From positions 10,300 through 74,299 of the forward strand of contig CAMATZ010000002.1 in NCBI GenBank assembly GCA_945861275.1: a stretch of DNA of 64,000 bases, given 5' to 3'. The notes beneath the pieces were generated by a model that did not search any database, had not been told where the DNA came from, and worked only from the letters and a program-made list of their open reading frames with translations. Each line of letters opens with the position of its first letter. Position 1 is the first letter of the stretch. Shown one piece after another: positions 28,306 to 36,827 of the stretch. Made by a program: the position numbers and the translations under genes. Source of the stretch: Bordetella parapertussis (GTDB taxonomy: Bacteria; Pseudomonadota; Gammaproteobacteria; Burkholderiales; SG8-41).

Positions 28306-28773
28306 ATGGCTGAACCGGTTTTTCTCACGGCTGAGGACAAGTTGCGCGGTGACGACGCCGTCGCCGCCTTGCTGGTGCTTGACGATGGCCGCTATGTGAT
28401 GCAATTGCGTGACGCGATTCCGCGGATTTTCTACCCTGGACATTGGGGTTGTTTCGGCGGCGCTGTCGAGGAGGGAGAAGAACCTGAACTCGCGCTGCGG
28501 CGGGAACTCGCCGAGGAAATAGAATTTGCAGCGGGCACAATGACAGAATTCACGCGCTTTGATTTTGACTTGCGCGGTCTGGGCCAAAAGAAAGTGTACC
28601 GGATTTTTTACGAAGTGCCGATCACGCAGGCAGCACTCGCAAAACTGGTGTTACACGAAGGCGCTGCATACCAGGTATTCAGCGGCGCGCAACTTTTGCA
28701 GGAAAGACACGTAACGCCGTACGATGCCTTCGCCATTTTGTTGCATTACCGGCGCGAGCGCTTTCAGCCTTGA
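28306..28773 (+). CDS. NUDIX hydrolase
   Basis: 155 aa. Complete Nudix box GGAVEEGEEPELALRRELAEEIEF. Last gene of the plus-strand glycan operon. Confidence 0.82.
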   Translation: MAEPVFLTAEDKLRGDDAVAALLVLDDGRYVMQLRDAIPRIFYPGHWGCFGGAVEEGEEPELALRRELAEEIEFAAGTMTEFTRFDFDLRGLGQKKVYRIFYEVPITQAALAKLVLHEGAAYQVFSGAQLLQERHVTPYDAFAILLHYRRERFQP

Positions 28774-28794
28774 ACTGACCGCAACGTACATGCA

Positions 28795-29493
28795 CTACCC
28801 AAGGTGCTTGCGAAAGAACGCCACCGTCAGCGCCAGCGCCCGATCCGCATCCGCCTTGCGATAAGGCTTGCCCCCATGCCGTGCGAACGCATGATCGGCT
28901 TCGGGATATTTGTGGAGAGTCACCAGCGGATTGGGTGACAGCCGCCGCTCCAGCAATTCATTCACTTCGGCTTGCACCCAGCGATCCTTCATCGCCATGT
29001 GCAGCATGAACGGCCGATGCAGATTGCCCGCTTCGCGAATATTGTGTTCGATGTAAGTGCCGTAATAGGCCACAGCACAATCGATATCGGTACGGCAACA
29101 CAGCAGATAACACAGCTTGCCACCGAGACAATAACCGACCGCGCCCGCTTTGCCGTTGCACGCAGGCAGGCCCGCGAGATATTTCAGGGTGTCTTCCATG
29201 TCACGCACACCGAGGTCGTAGTCGAAATCGTAATAGAGATCGAACGCCTTTTTCCCGTCCTCGGGATTGCGGTCGGACAATTCCACCCCCGCCTCCTGCC
29301 GCCAGAACAGATCGGGCACCAGGCACACGAAGCCGGCTTCGGCAAACTCCTGTGCATGTTTGCGCATGGTGTCGTTGACGCCCCAGATTTCCATGATGGC
29401 GACGATGCCGCCCACCGGCGCACCATCCGGCACTGCAAGGTAGGCGCCCATCACGCCGTCGCGCAGAGGCACTTTGATGTTGGATGTTTTCAT
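28795..29493 (-). CDS. dienelactone hydrolase family protein
   Basis: 232 aa. GAVGYCLGGKL (nucleophile Cys elbow) and EADHAF (catalytic His region). Lies 10 nt downstream of cofC on the same strand. Confidence 0.82.
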   Translation of the reverse strand: MKTSNIKVPLRDGVMGAYLAVPDGAPVGGIVAIMEIWGVNDTMRKHAQEFAEAGFVCLVPDLFWRQEAGVELSDRNPEDGKKAFDLYYDFDYDLGVRDMEDTLKYLAGLPACNGKAGAVGYCLGGKLCYLLCCRTDIDCAVAYYGTYIEHNIREAGNLHRPFMLHMAMKDRWVQAEVNELLERRLSPNPLVTLHKYPEADHAFARHGGKPYRKADADRALALTVAFFRKHLG

Positions 29494-29503
29494 ATTACGT
29501 GTT

Positions 29504-30205
29504 TTATTTGGTGCGCGATGTTATTGCGCCCGTGCTGCGCGACGCAGTGCGGGGCAATGTGGCCAGAAACGCTTGCGGTGCGTCACCGCTGTTCCGCCAT
29601 TCCGCGAGATCTTCCGGCGTGTCCAGATCAAACGCCAGCGCCGCGTTGATACACGGAAAAGTACGCACACCACGCGCTTCGCCCTGCGCGATGTGCCGTG
29701 CGTAACTATCCTTGCCAAACGCGAACTTGCGCACGCTGGCATCCACCAGCAAGGCATTGGTGCCTGCGTGATGACGGTCGGGCGCGATCACTACGCCCTT
29801 ACCGAAAACCGGCAGCATCTCCATCGCCTCCAACGCCTCAGCCTCCAGCCGCGGTAAATCACACGGCAGAATCAGCAGGCGCTGCGCGCCCAGCGCAGCG
29901 GCATGAGCGGCAGCCTGCGACAATGCAGCATTCAGCCCACCGGTGGATGCGTGCTTACTTGTGTGTTCCGGCAGCGCAATCGCTCCGGCTTTACGCGCCA
30001 GCGCGAGCGTGACTTCGCATGGGCTCACCACCACACAGCGCTGCGCGTCGCCCAGCCACCCGCTCACCACGCGCAAGGTGCGTGCGAGCAACCAACGATT
30101 GAGCTTGGCGCGCGCGGCCGGTTCCAGAACGGCGGACAATCTGGACTTGCCTTCATTCACGCCGCGATGCGGCACAATAATAAGTAAGTGTTTGTATTTA
30201 AACAT
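29504..30205 (-). CDS. cofC: F420 biosynthesis guanylyltransferase (2-phospho-L-lactate / PEP / 3-PG guanylyltransferase, CofC/FbiD)
   Basis: 233 aa. IIVPHRGVNEGKSRL, LILPCDLP, DRHHAGTNALL and FGKDSYARH are CofC family motifs. 8-nt overlap with cofD. Confidence 0.85.
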   Translation of the reverse strand: MFKYKHLLIIVPHRGVNEGKSRLSAVLEPAARAKLNRWLLARTLRVVSGWLGDAQRCVVVSPCEVTLALARKAGAIALPEHTSKHASTGGLNAALSQAAAHAAALGAQRLLILPCDLPRLEAEALEAMEMLPVFGKGVVIAPDRHHAGTNALLVDASVRKFAFGKDSYARHIAQGEARGVRTFPCINAALAFDLDTPEDLAEWRNSGDAPQAFLATLPRTASRSTGAITSRTK

Positions 30206-31145
30206 TATTTATAGATCGGCCCAGCGCCAGACTGAGCACGCGGCGCGCGAGTATTGTGCTCTTGCGGCAATTGCTCATCAACGTATCGGTAACCAACACG
30301 CGCTTGCCCAGGCGTTCAATCGCGCCGGCTAACTTCACGTCTTGCTGGTCGATCACCCAGCGATCTACTGCGCTGCCATAGTGCCGCGCGACTTCCAGCG
30401 CAGTCGGCTGCATCCCCAGCTCCCGCATCATTTTCGCCGCCGGGCCTTTGACCGCCGCGCCGCCGATGATCGGTGACACCGCCACCACGGGAAACGTGCG
30501 CGCCTTCAACCACGCCTTGATGGCAGGCACGCTGAAGATCGGCGCAATGCTCACGAACGGGTTTGAGGGGCACAGCACCACGGCATCCACACGCCCTCGC
30601 AGCACACGCGCGAGCGCGTCGGGCACACGCGCATTGCGCGCGCCTGTGTAACGAAATCCGCTTACGCGCGGCTTGCACTGCTGCCGCACAAAGTAATTCT
30701 GGAAATCCATTTCGCCCGATGTTGTTTTCACACGGGTGCGCACCGCCGTCTCGCTCATCGGCAAAATCTTGTGCTGGATGCCCAGGCGCGCGGCAAGATC
30801 GCTGGTCACTGCCGAGAGTGATGCGCCCCCACGCAATGCTTCACGCCGCAGCACATGCAGCGCGAGATCGCGATCACCCAATTGAAACCAGTGTGCGCCG
30901 CCCAGACGCTTTACTTCGCTGATGAACTGCCATGTTTCGCCTGCGCGGCCCCAGCCGGTTTGCGGATTGTTGACGCCTGCCAGCGTGTACAGCACGGTGT
31001 CGAGGTCGGGACAAACGGTAAAACCCAGATGCTCGAAATCGTCGCCGGTATTCACCACAATGGCCAGTTCCTTCGGCGACAACACCGCCGCCAGCCCGAC
31101 CGCGAGCTTCGCGCCACCGACACCGCCTGCGAGCGCCACGATCAT
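30198..31145 (-). CDS. cofD: 2-phospho-L-lactate transferase (FO phosphotransferase)
   Basis: 315 aa. MIVALAGGVGGAKLAVGL...VVNTGDDFEHLGFTVCPDLDTVLYTLAG is the CofD/FbiA signature. Confidence 0.9.
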   Translation of the reverse strand: MIVALAGGVGGAKLAVGLAAVLSPKELAIVVNTGDDFEHLGFTVCPDLDTVLYTLAGVNNPQTGWGRAGETWQFISEVKRLGGAHWFQLGDRDLALHVLRREALRGGASLSAVTSDLAARLGIQHKILPMSETAVRTRVKTTSGEMDFQNYFVRQQCKPRVSGFRYTGARNARVPDALARVLRGRVDAVVLCPSNPFVSIAPIFSVPAIKAWLKARTFPVVAVSPIIGGAAVKGPAAKMMRELGMQPTALEVARHYGSAVDRWVIDQQDVKLAGAIERLGKRVLVTDTLMSNCRKSTILARRVLSLALGRSINNV

Positions 31146-31906
31146 CGAAATAAATCCTCGGCTTCGGGGCGCAGCAGTTCTTTGACGGAACTCTCACGCG
31201 GCGCGTACGGAAACCCGCGCACCAGCACGGCGGGCGTGCCCTCATCCGCCTGACCCATAACCAGCGAAGCGGCAGCAGCGAGTTCATCCGCAGCGGCCAC
31301 CTGCGTCACCTTCAGGGTGCGGCCTTCGCGGTCCTTATTCCCGCGCAAATCAATCAGCGCCGGTATGCCGGCAACGCCAATCGCGGTGCCGGTCACGCCG
31401 TTGCGCCAGGCGCGTCCGAAGCTGTCGATGATGAGCACGCCCACGTCGACTCCACTGTGGCCGCGCAATGCGTCGCGCAGCTTATGCGCGCTGCCATCGG
31501 GGTCCACCGGCAATAACAACACCGCGTCTTCAGCGCCCGGCACATTGGATTGATCGATACCCGCGTTCGCCATCACGAAGCCCAGCTTGTGTTCGACGAT
31601 AATGATGCCGGGCTTCACGCGCAGCACTTGGTGTGATTCACGCAGCATCAGTTCGACGATGCGCGGGTCTTTGTGGGCTGCCTTGGCCAGAGTCTGCGCC
31701 CGTGCAGAGGGCTGCACGCCCGCAAGTTGTACCAAACGGCCTTCGGCTTTGGAGACGATTTTTTGCGCGATTACGAGTATGTCGCCGGATTGCAGGGCCC
31801 TATGCGCACGCGCAATGGCGGTTGCAAGCAAATCGCATAGTGACGCACCTACAACCACTTCTGGTATGCCGGGCAACGCCACCAGACTCAATGCACGTTC
31901 AGTCAC
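31142..31906 (-). CDS. cofE: coenzyme F420-0:L-glutamate ligase (stand-alone CofE, no FbiB nitroreductase-like C-terminal domain)
   Basis: 254 aa. ILVIAQKIVSKAEGRLV, GFVMANAGIDQSN and DSFGRAWRNG. The length corresponds to the ligase domain only. Confidence 0.88.
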   Translation of the reverse strand: MTERALSLVALPGIPEVVVGASLCDLLATAIARAHRALQSGDILVIAQKIVSKAEGRLVQLAGVQPSARAQTLAKAAHKDPRIVELMLRESHQVLRVKPGIIIVEHKLGFVMANAGIDQSNVPGAEDAVLLLPVDPDGSAHKLRDALRGHSGVDVGVLIIDSFGRAWRNGVTGTAIGVAGIPALIDLRGNKDREGRTLKVTQVAAADELAAAASLVMGQADEGTPAVLVRGFPYAPRESSVKELLRPEAEDLFR

Positions 31907-32555
31907 GCATCACACCAGTAATCCGTATCCCCGACCCCGCAACCTTGTAGCGCTTATTGATCGCGATCAGCACCGAAGTCAGCGCCTCGGACGCCACCGA
32001 ATTCGCCAACACGCCCGCGTGCCACGCGCGCAGGCCCGCGTCATGCGCGAGGCCGATCACCACCTCACGCGCTTCGGCATCATCGCCGCACACCAGCACA
32101 TCGCAATCGACCTCGTGCGCCGCATCCTTGAGGTGGGTGGCGGAAACATTCTGGAATGCGGAGACCACTTTCACCTGCGCGCCCAGCCGCCGCTGCAACG
32201 CAAGCACCGCCGATTCGCCGTTGGGCAACTGCACTTTATCCACTCGCGGTGGTGTGAGCGGTACCGTGACATCAATCAGAATTTTGCCTGCCAGCTGACC
32301 GGCAACACTTTCGGCAGTGGCAAGTTGTGCCGCGAAGGGGACGGTGAGCACCACTATCGCTGCCTGCGCCGCTTCCGCATTACTGGCGCCACGCACCCTC
32401 GCTTTGCCGCCGAGCAATTGATTCAATTCCGCCGCGCTGGTTTGCGCTTTGCCCGCATCGCGCGAGCCTATCACCACCGCGTGCCCTGCAAGCGCCCAGC
32501 GATAGGCGAGCCCGCTGCCTTCCTTGCCGCTACCGCCGAGCACGCCGATGTTCAC
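31899..32555 (-). CDS. npdG: NADPH-dependent F420 reductase
   Basis: 218 aa with a GTG start (GTGA overlap with the fbiC stop). IGVLGGSGKEGSGLAYRWALAGHAVVIGSRD is the NpdG/Fno-type dinucleotide fold. Confidence 0.82.
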   Translation of the reverse strand: MNIGVLGGSGKEGSGLAYRWALAGHAVVIGSRDAGKAQTSAAELNQLLGGKARVRGASNAEAAQAAIVVLTVPFAAQLATAESVAGQLAGKILIDVTVPLTPPRVDKVQLPNGESAVLALQRRLGAQVKVVSAFQNVSATHLKDAAHEVDCDVLVCGDDAEAREVVIGLAHDAGLRAWHAGVLANSVASEALTSVLIAINKRYKVAGSGIRITGVMRD

Positions 32556-34870
32556 GCGGCGCTGCGCTCTTTTTGCGCTGGCATGGGCAACGCCACCAGC
32601 GGTGGCGCCGCCTGCGCTGCAGCATGCCGCTCCAGCGTCGCGTCGCCATACAGCGTGGTGCGCTGCTGCGGCACGCGCCCTGCCGCACTGATCATCGCCT
32701 CCATGCGCGCCGGCGGCATTTCCTGCCCGTGCTGCGTGCCCGCGGCGCGCGAAATGCTTTCGTTCATCAGCGTGCCGCCAAGATCATTGACGCCGGCGGC
32801 GAGGCATGCGGCCACACCGTCTGCGCCCAATTTCACCCACGATACTTGTATGTTCTGTATCACCGGATGCAGCACCAGCCGTGCCACCGCGTGCATCAAT
32901 ATCGCTTCGCGCGACGTCGGTCCCTTGCGCGCGCGGCCCTGCTGATACACCGGCGCGCCCATATGCACAAAAGGCAGCGGGATGAATTCGGTGAAGCCGC
33001 CGGTCTTCTGCTGCAAGGCGCGCACTCTCAGCAGATGCCGCGCCCAGTGGCGCGGATGATCCACGTGGCCGAACATGATGGTAGCGGTGGAACGCAAGCC
33101 CAGCCCGTGCGCGGTTTCCATCACGGTGAGCCATTCTTCGGTGTTCACTTTATCCGGGCAGATCATGCGCCGCACTTCATCATCGAGAATTTCCGCGGCG
33201 GTACCGGGCAGGCTGTTCAGGCCCGCGTCGATCAACCGCAACAGAAATTCACGCACCGGCAAACCCAGTGTTTGCGCACCGTGGGTGACTTCCAGCGGCG
33301 TAAACGCATGCACGTGAATGCCGGGCGCCGCGCGTTTGACCGCGCGCAAAATGTCGAGATAGGTGTCGCCGGTGTACGAGGGATGAATGCCGCCCTGCAT
33401 GCACACTTCGGTGGCGCCGCGCGACCACGCTTCGGCCACACGCCGCTCGATTTCTTCGAGCGGCAGATCATAGGCCGCGCCACGCAGCGACGCACTGTGG
33501 CGGCCCTTGGAAAACGCGCAGAAGGTGCAACGATAAGTGCAGATGTTGGTGTAGTTGATATTGCGGTTCACCACATAGCGCACGGTGTCGCCTACGGTAT
33601 TGCGTCGCAGTGCGTCTGCCGCGGCGCAGATGTCGTGAAACGCGTCGCCGCGTGCGGTGAATAGCCGCGCGATGCCTGGTTCGGTTGATGTATCGTAAGT
33701 ATTTGTTTTTATTGATAATTTTTTGGATCGTGATAACACGTTCAACGGCAGCGCCAACCCCGGCGACCAGCCATCGGCGCGCGCATAACCATCAGTGTCA
33801 CTCGCACGGATTATGGCGGTGGCGATTTTCGGATGATGCCAGGCGTGCGCCTCGTGCACGTACGAGGGGTAGCTCGGCAGCCGCGCAACCAGTTCCTTGC
33901 CTTGCGCGGCAGTAATGCGGCGCAGTTCTTCAATGGCGGGCCACGGCGCTTCGGGATTCACATGATCAGGCGTCACCGGCGACACACCGCCCCAATCGTT
34001 GATGCCGGCGGCTATCAATTCCCCGCTATTCCCGGCACTCAGATTCGGTGGCGCCTGCAGGTTCATCTGCGCGCCCAGAATCATTCGCGCCACGGCGATG
34101 GTCCACAGCAATTCTTCGTGCGGCGCGTGCGGTGCAGTTGCCATGCGCGTAGCGGGCTTGGCGCGAAAATTCTGGATGATCACTTCCTGAATGTGGCCGT
34201 AGCGCTGGTGCAGATCGCGGATCGCAACCAGCGCGTCGATACGCTCCGCGCGTGTTTCACCGATGCCGATGAGTATGCCGGTGGTGAACGGTATCTTAAG
34301 CTCCCCCGCGAGCCGCAGTGTTTCAAGCCGCGCTGCCGGATGCTTGTCAGGCGAGCCAAAATGCGGTCCGCCTTTTTCGCACAGGCGCTCGGAGGTGCTT
34401 TCCAGCATCAAACCCTGCGACGCACTCACCTCGCGTAACCTCGCCATCTCATCGCGCGTCATCACTCCCGGATTCACGTGCGGCAACAGCGTAGTCTCGC
34501 GCAACACCAGCGCACACATCGCATGCAGGTAATCGATGGTGCTGGCGTAGCCCAGCGTCGCGAGTTCTTCGCGCGCGGCCTTGTAGCGCAACTCCGGTTT
34601 GTCGCCGAGTGTAAACAAGGCCTCGGTGCAATCTGCCGCCTGCCCTGCTTTGGCAATAGCCAGTACTTCATCGGGCGTGAGATAACCACGCACGCCCAGC
34701 TGTGGCGCGTGCGCAAAGGTGCAGTAGCTGCACACATCGCGGCACAGCCGCGTCAACGGAATGAATACCTTGCGCGAGTATGAGATGAGCGGGCCGTGGC
34801 CTGCGTCGCGCAGGCGCGCGGCTTCAGGCATCAGGCCGACTACGGGACTTGCTGTCAGGTGCTCAAACAT
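32552..34870 (-). CDS. fbiC: FO synthase, fused CofG/CofH (7,8-didemethyl-8-hydroxy-5-deazariboflavin synthase)
   Basis: 772 aa with two radical-SAM CxxxCxxC sites (CRDVCSYCTF and CTYRCTFCAF), one in each half. Confidence 0.93.
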   Translation of the reverse strand: MFEHLTASPVVGLMPEAARLRDAGHGPLISYSRKVFIPLTRLCRDVCSYCTFAHAPQLGVRGYLTPDEVLAIAKAGQAADCTEALFTLGDKPELRYKAAREELATLGYASTIDYLHAMCALVLRETTLLPHVNPGVMTRDEMARLREVSASQGLMLESTSERLCEKGGPHFGSPDKHPAARLETLRLAGELKIPFTTGILIGIGETRAERIDALVAIRDLHQRYGHIQEVIIQNFRAKPATRMATAPHAPHEELLWTIAVARMILGAQMNLQAPPNLSAGNSGELIAAGINDWGGVSPVTPDHVNPEAPWPAIEELRRITAAQGKELVARLPSYPSYVHEAHAWHHPKIATAIIRASDTDGYARADGWSPGLALPLNVLSRSKKLSIKTNTYDTSTEPGIARLFTARGDAFHDICAAADALRRNTVGDTVRYVVNRNINYTNICTYRCTFCAFSKGRHSASLRGAAYDLPLEEIERRVAEAWSRGATEVCMQGGIHPSYTGDTYLDILRAVKRAAPGIHVHAFTPLEVTHGAQTLGLPVREFLLRLIDAGLNSLPGTAAEILDDEVRRMICPDKVNTEEWLTVMETAHGLGLRSTATIMFGHVDHPRHWARHLLRVRALQQKTGGFTEFIPLPFVHMGAPVYQQGRARKGPTSREAILMHAVARLVLHPVIQNIQVSWVKLGADGVAACLAAGVNDLGGTLMNESISRAAGTQHGQEMPPARMEAMISAAGRVPQQRTTLYGDATLERHAAAQAAPPLVALPMPAQKERSAA

Positions 34871-34908
34871 TAACGGCCTGGATTTTTATTTTCCGTGGTT
34901 AATCAATT

Positions 34909-35877
34909 TTAGTTAATCCGCACACCCGTCACTTTCACCACTTCTGCCCAGGTCTTCACATCCTGCTCCATCACGCGCTGCATTACGTCCGGGCTTTGCT
35001 TCATCGCTTCAGCCGCATTGGCCAGGAAAATCTCTTTGGCCTTCGGTGCATCCACCGCTTTGGCGAATTCGGCGTTCAGCTTCTCGATGATAGCGCGCGG
35101 CACGTTGGCCGGGGCCAGCACGGCCGCGATCACGGCCGCATCCACGCCCTTGACAGTTTCGCCCAGCGCGGGGATTTCCGGCAAGGCTGCGGCGCGTTTG
35201 TCCGAGGTGAGACCGACCGCTACCAGCTTTTTCGAGCGCACGTGTTCCAGCGCCGCCGGTATGGTGGTGACGATCAATGCAATCTCGCCGGTGAGCAACG
35301 ACACGGTGGATGTTGTACCGCCCTTGTAGTTGACGGCAATCAGGTCGATACCGGCCCGCGTGCGGAATTTCTCCGCTGCCAGATGCGTGACAGTGCCCGC
35401 GCCGGCATTGCCGCAGGTGATGCCGGGGCTTTTTTTCGCCAGCGCGATCAGCTCTTTTGCGTTTTTCACACCCACCGAGGGATGCGCCACCATGATCAGC
35501 GGTGACGCCGACACCGGCGCTACGGCAACCAGATCGCGCGCATGGTTAAAGCCGAGCTTGTGGTAAAGCGAGGGCATGATGGCGTGTGTGGAGAGGTCGG
35601 TAAACAGCAGGGTATAACCATCCGCTGCAGATTTGGCAACAAAGTCCGCAGCGAGCGTGGTACCGGCGCCAGCGCGATTTTCAACGATGACCTGGTGACC
35701 GAGGCTGCGCGTCATTTCCGCTGCGGTTACGCGCGCGAAGGTGTCGGTGGCGCCGCCGGGTGCGAAGGCTACGATCAGGCGCACGGGTTTGGTGGGAAAG
35801 GTTTGAGCCGTTGCCTGCCCCAAGGCAGCAATCAGCGCAGCACTCATAGCGGTAGTTAAGTAATTGTTTTTAATCAT
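34909..35877 (-). CDS. Bug family tripartite tricarboxylate transporter substrate-binding protein (TctC-like)
   Basis: From ATG 35877: signal peptide MIKNNYLTTAMSAALIAALGQATAQ, then TFPTKPVRLIVAFAPGGATD. ATGA overlap with the LLM gene stop. Confidence 0.85.
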   Translation of the reverse strand: MIKNNYLTTAMSAALIAALGQATAQTFPTKPVRLIVAFAPGGATDTFARVTAAEMTRSLGHQVIVENRAGAGTTLAADFVAKSAADGYTLLFTDLSTHAIMPSLYHKLGFNHARDLVAVAPVSASPLIMVAHPSVGVKNAKELIALAKKSPGITCGNAGAGTVTHLAAEKFRTRAGIDLIAVNYKGGTTSTVSLLTGEIALIVTTIPAALEHVRSKKLVAVGLTSDKRAAALPEIPALGETVKGVDAAVIAAVLAPANVPRAIIEKLNAEFAKAVDAPKAKEIFLANAAEAMKQSPDVMQRVMEQDVKTWAEVVKVTGVRIN

Positions 35878-36827
35878 TTTTTCTTCAAGGCGGGTAACAC
35901 ATCCACAATGAACTGCGCCAGCTGCGCCACCTGATCCTCGCCCACCAGCCGTATGCACAGGTCGGTAACACCTGCTGCCTCGTAGCGCTTAAGCACATCA
36001 ATCACCACCGACGCGGGTCCCAAGCCCATCATGCCACGGAAATTCACGCCGCCGCCGTAGTATTTTTCGAGGAACTCGTGCGTCAGCGACTCGGCCTTGG
36101 CCGCATCGTCTTCAAGCCGGATGGTAGTGTAAACGCACAGGGGAAAATCAGGGCGCGGGCGCGCGTGCTTCGCCATCGCCTCCGCGCACACCTCGCGCAG
36201 TTTACGGATATCGTCTTCAGTCACGTACGTGGTAATCACGCCGTCACCGAATTTGCCCACACGCTCGATCTGCGCCGGAATGAATTCGCCGCGATTGCCT
36301 GCGGTGACCAGCAGCGGCGGGCCTTCTTCGTTCCACGGCAGCGGGCCGATGGTGTGTTCGGTGAGCTTGAAGCCGCTGCCTGCATACGTCACCGGCCTGC
36401 CGCTCCACAGCATGCGCCACACTTTCATGTGTTCTTCGAGGTCTTTGGCGCGGCGCTTGTGTACTTGCCCGCACGCCTCCCACTCGCGCGCAATCGCGGG
36501 CAGACCCCAACCCACGCCGAGACCCAGCACCAGCCGCCCCTGCGAAATCTGATCGATGTTGGCGAGCTGATGCGCCAGTACCGTGGGCTGGCGCAATGCC
36601 GGCAACAAAACCGCAGTTCCCAATCTGGCGCGCCGGGTCATCGCCGCTACATACGCGAGCGTGGTCAGCGGTTCCAGACGCGGCTTGGCCACTACGCTGT
36701 CACCCACCCACACGTCCATGTCCGCCTCATCGCACAAGCGCGCGATGGTCCAGCAGTCTTCCACCGGCGGACGCCGCGCCGACTGAATAATCACACCCCG
36801 GTGGGGCAGCAACACGCCCAAACGCAT
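35874..36827 (-). CDS. LLM-class (luciferase-like) oxidoreductase, probably F420-dependent
   Basis: 317 aa. LGVLLP...GDSVVAKPRLEPLTTLAYVAAMTRRARLGTAVLL...GRLVLGLGVGW resembles the F420-dependent LLM subfamily. Adjacent to the F420 operon. Confidence 0.78.
   Translation of the reverse strand: MRLGVLLPHRGVIIQSARRPPVEDCWTIARLCDEADMDVWVGDSVVAKPRLEPLTTLAYVAAMTRRARLGTAVLLPALRQPTVLAHQLANIDQISQGRLVLGLGVGWGLPAIAREWEACGQVHKRRAKDLEEHMKVWRMLWSGRPVTYAGSGFKLTEHTIGPLPWNEEGPPLLVTAGNRGEFIPAQIERVGKFGDGVITTYVTEDDIRKLREVCAEAMAKHARPRPDFPLCVYTTIRLEDDAAKAESLTHEFLEKYYGGGVNFRGMMGLGPASVVIDVLKRYEAAGVTDLCIRLVGEDQVAQLAQFIVDVLPALKKK

Noticed and set aside
31587-32945. 452-aa plus-strand ORF overlapping cofE, npdG and fbiC
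   Set aside because: It is antisense to three strongly recognisable genes. The translation is Arg/Ala/Cys/His-rich low-complexity sequence with no motif. This is a typical shadow ORF of high-GC DNA.
32573-33664. 363-aa plus-strand ORF inside fbiC
   Set aside because: It is antisense to the radical-SAM FO synthase gene. Its composition is Arg/His/Ala-rich and it has no recognisable domain.
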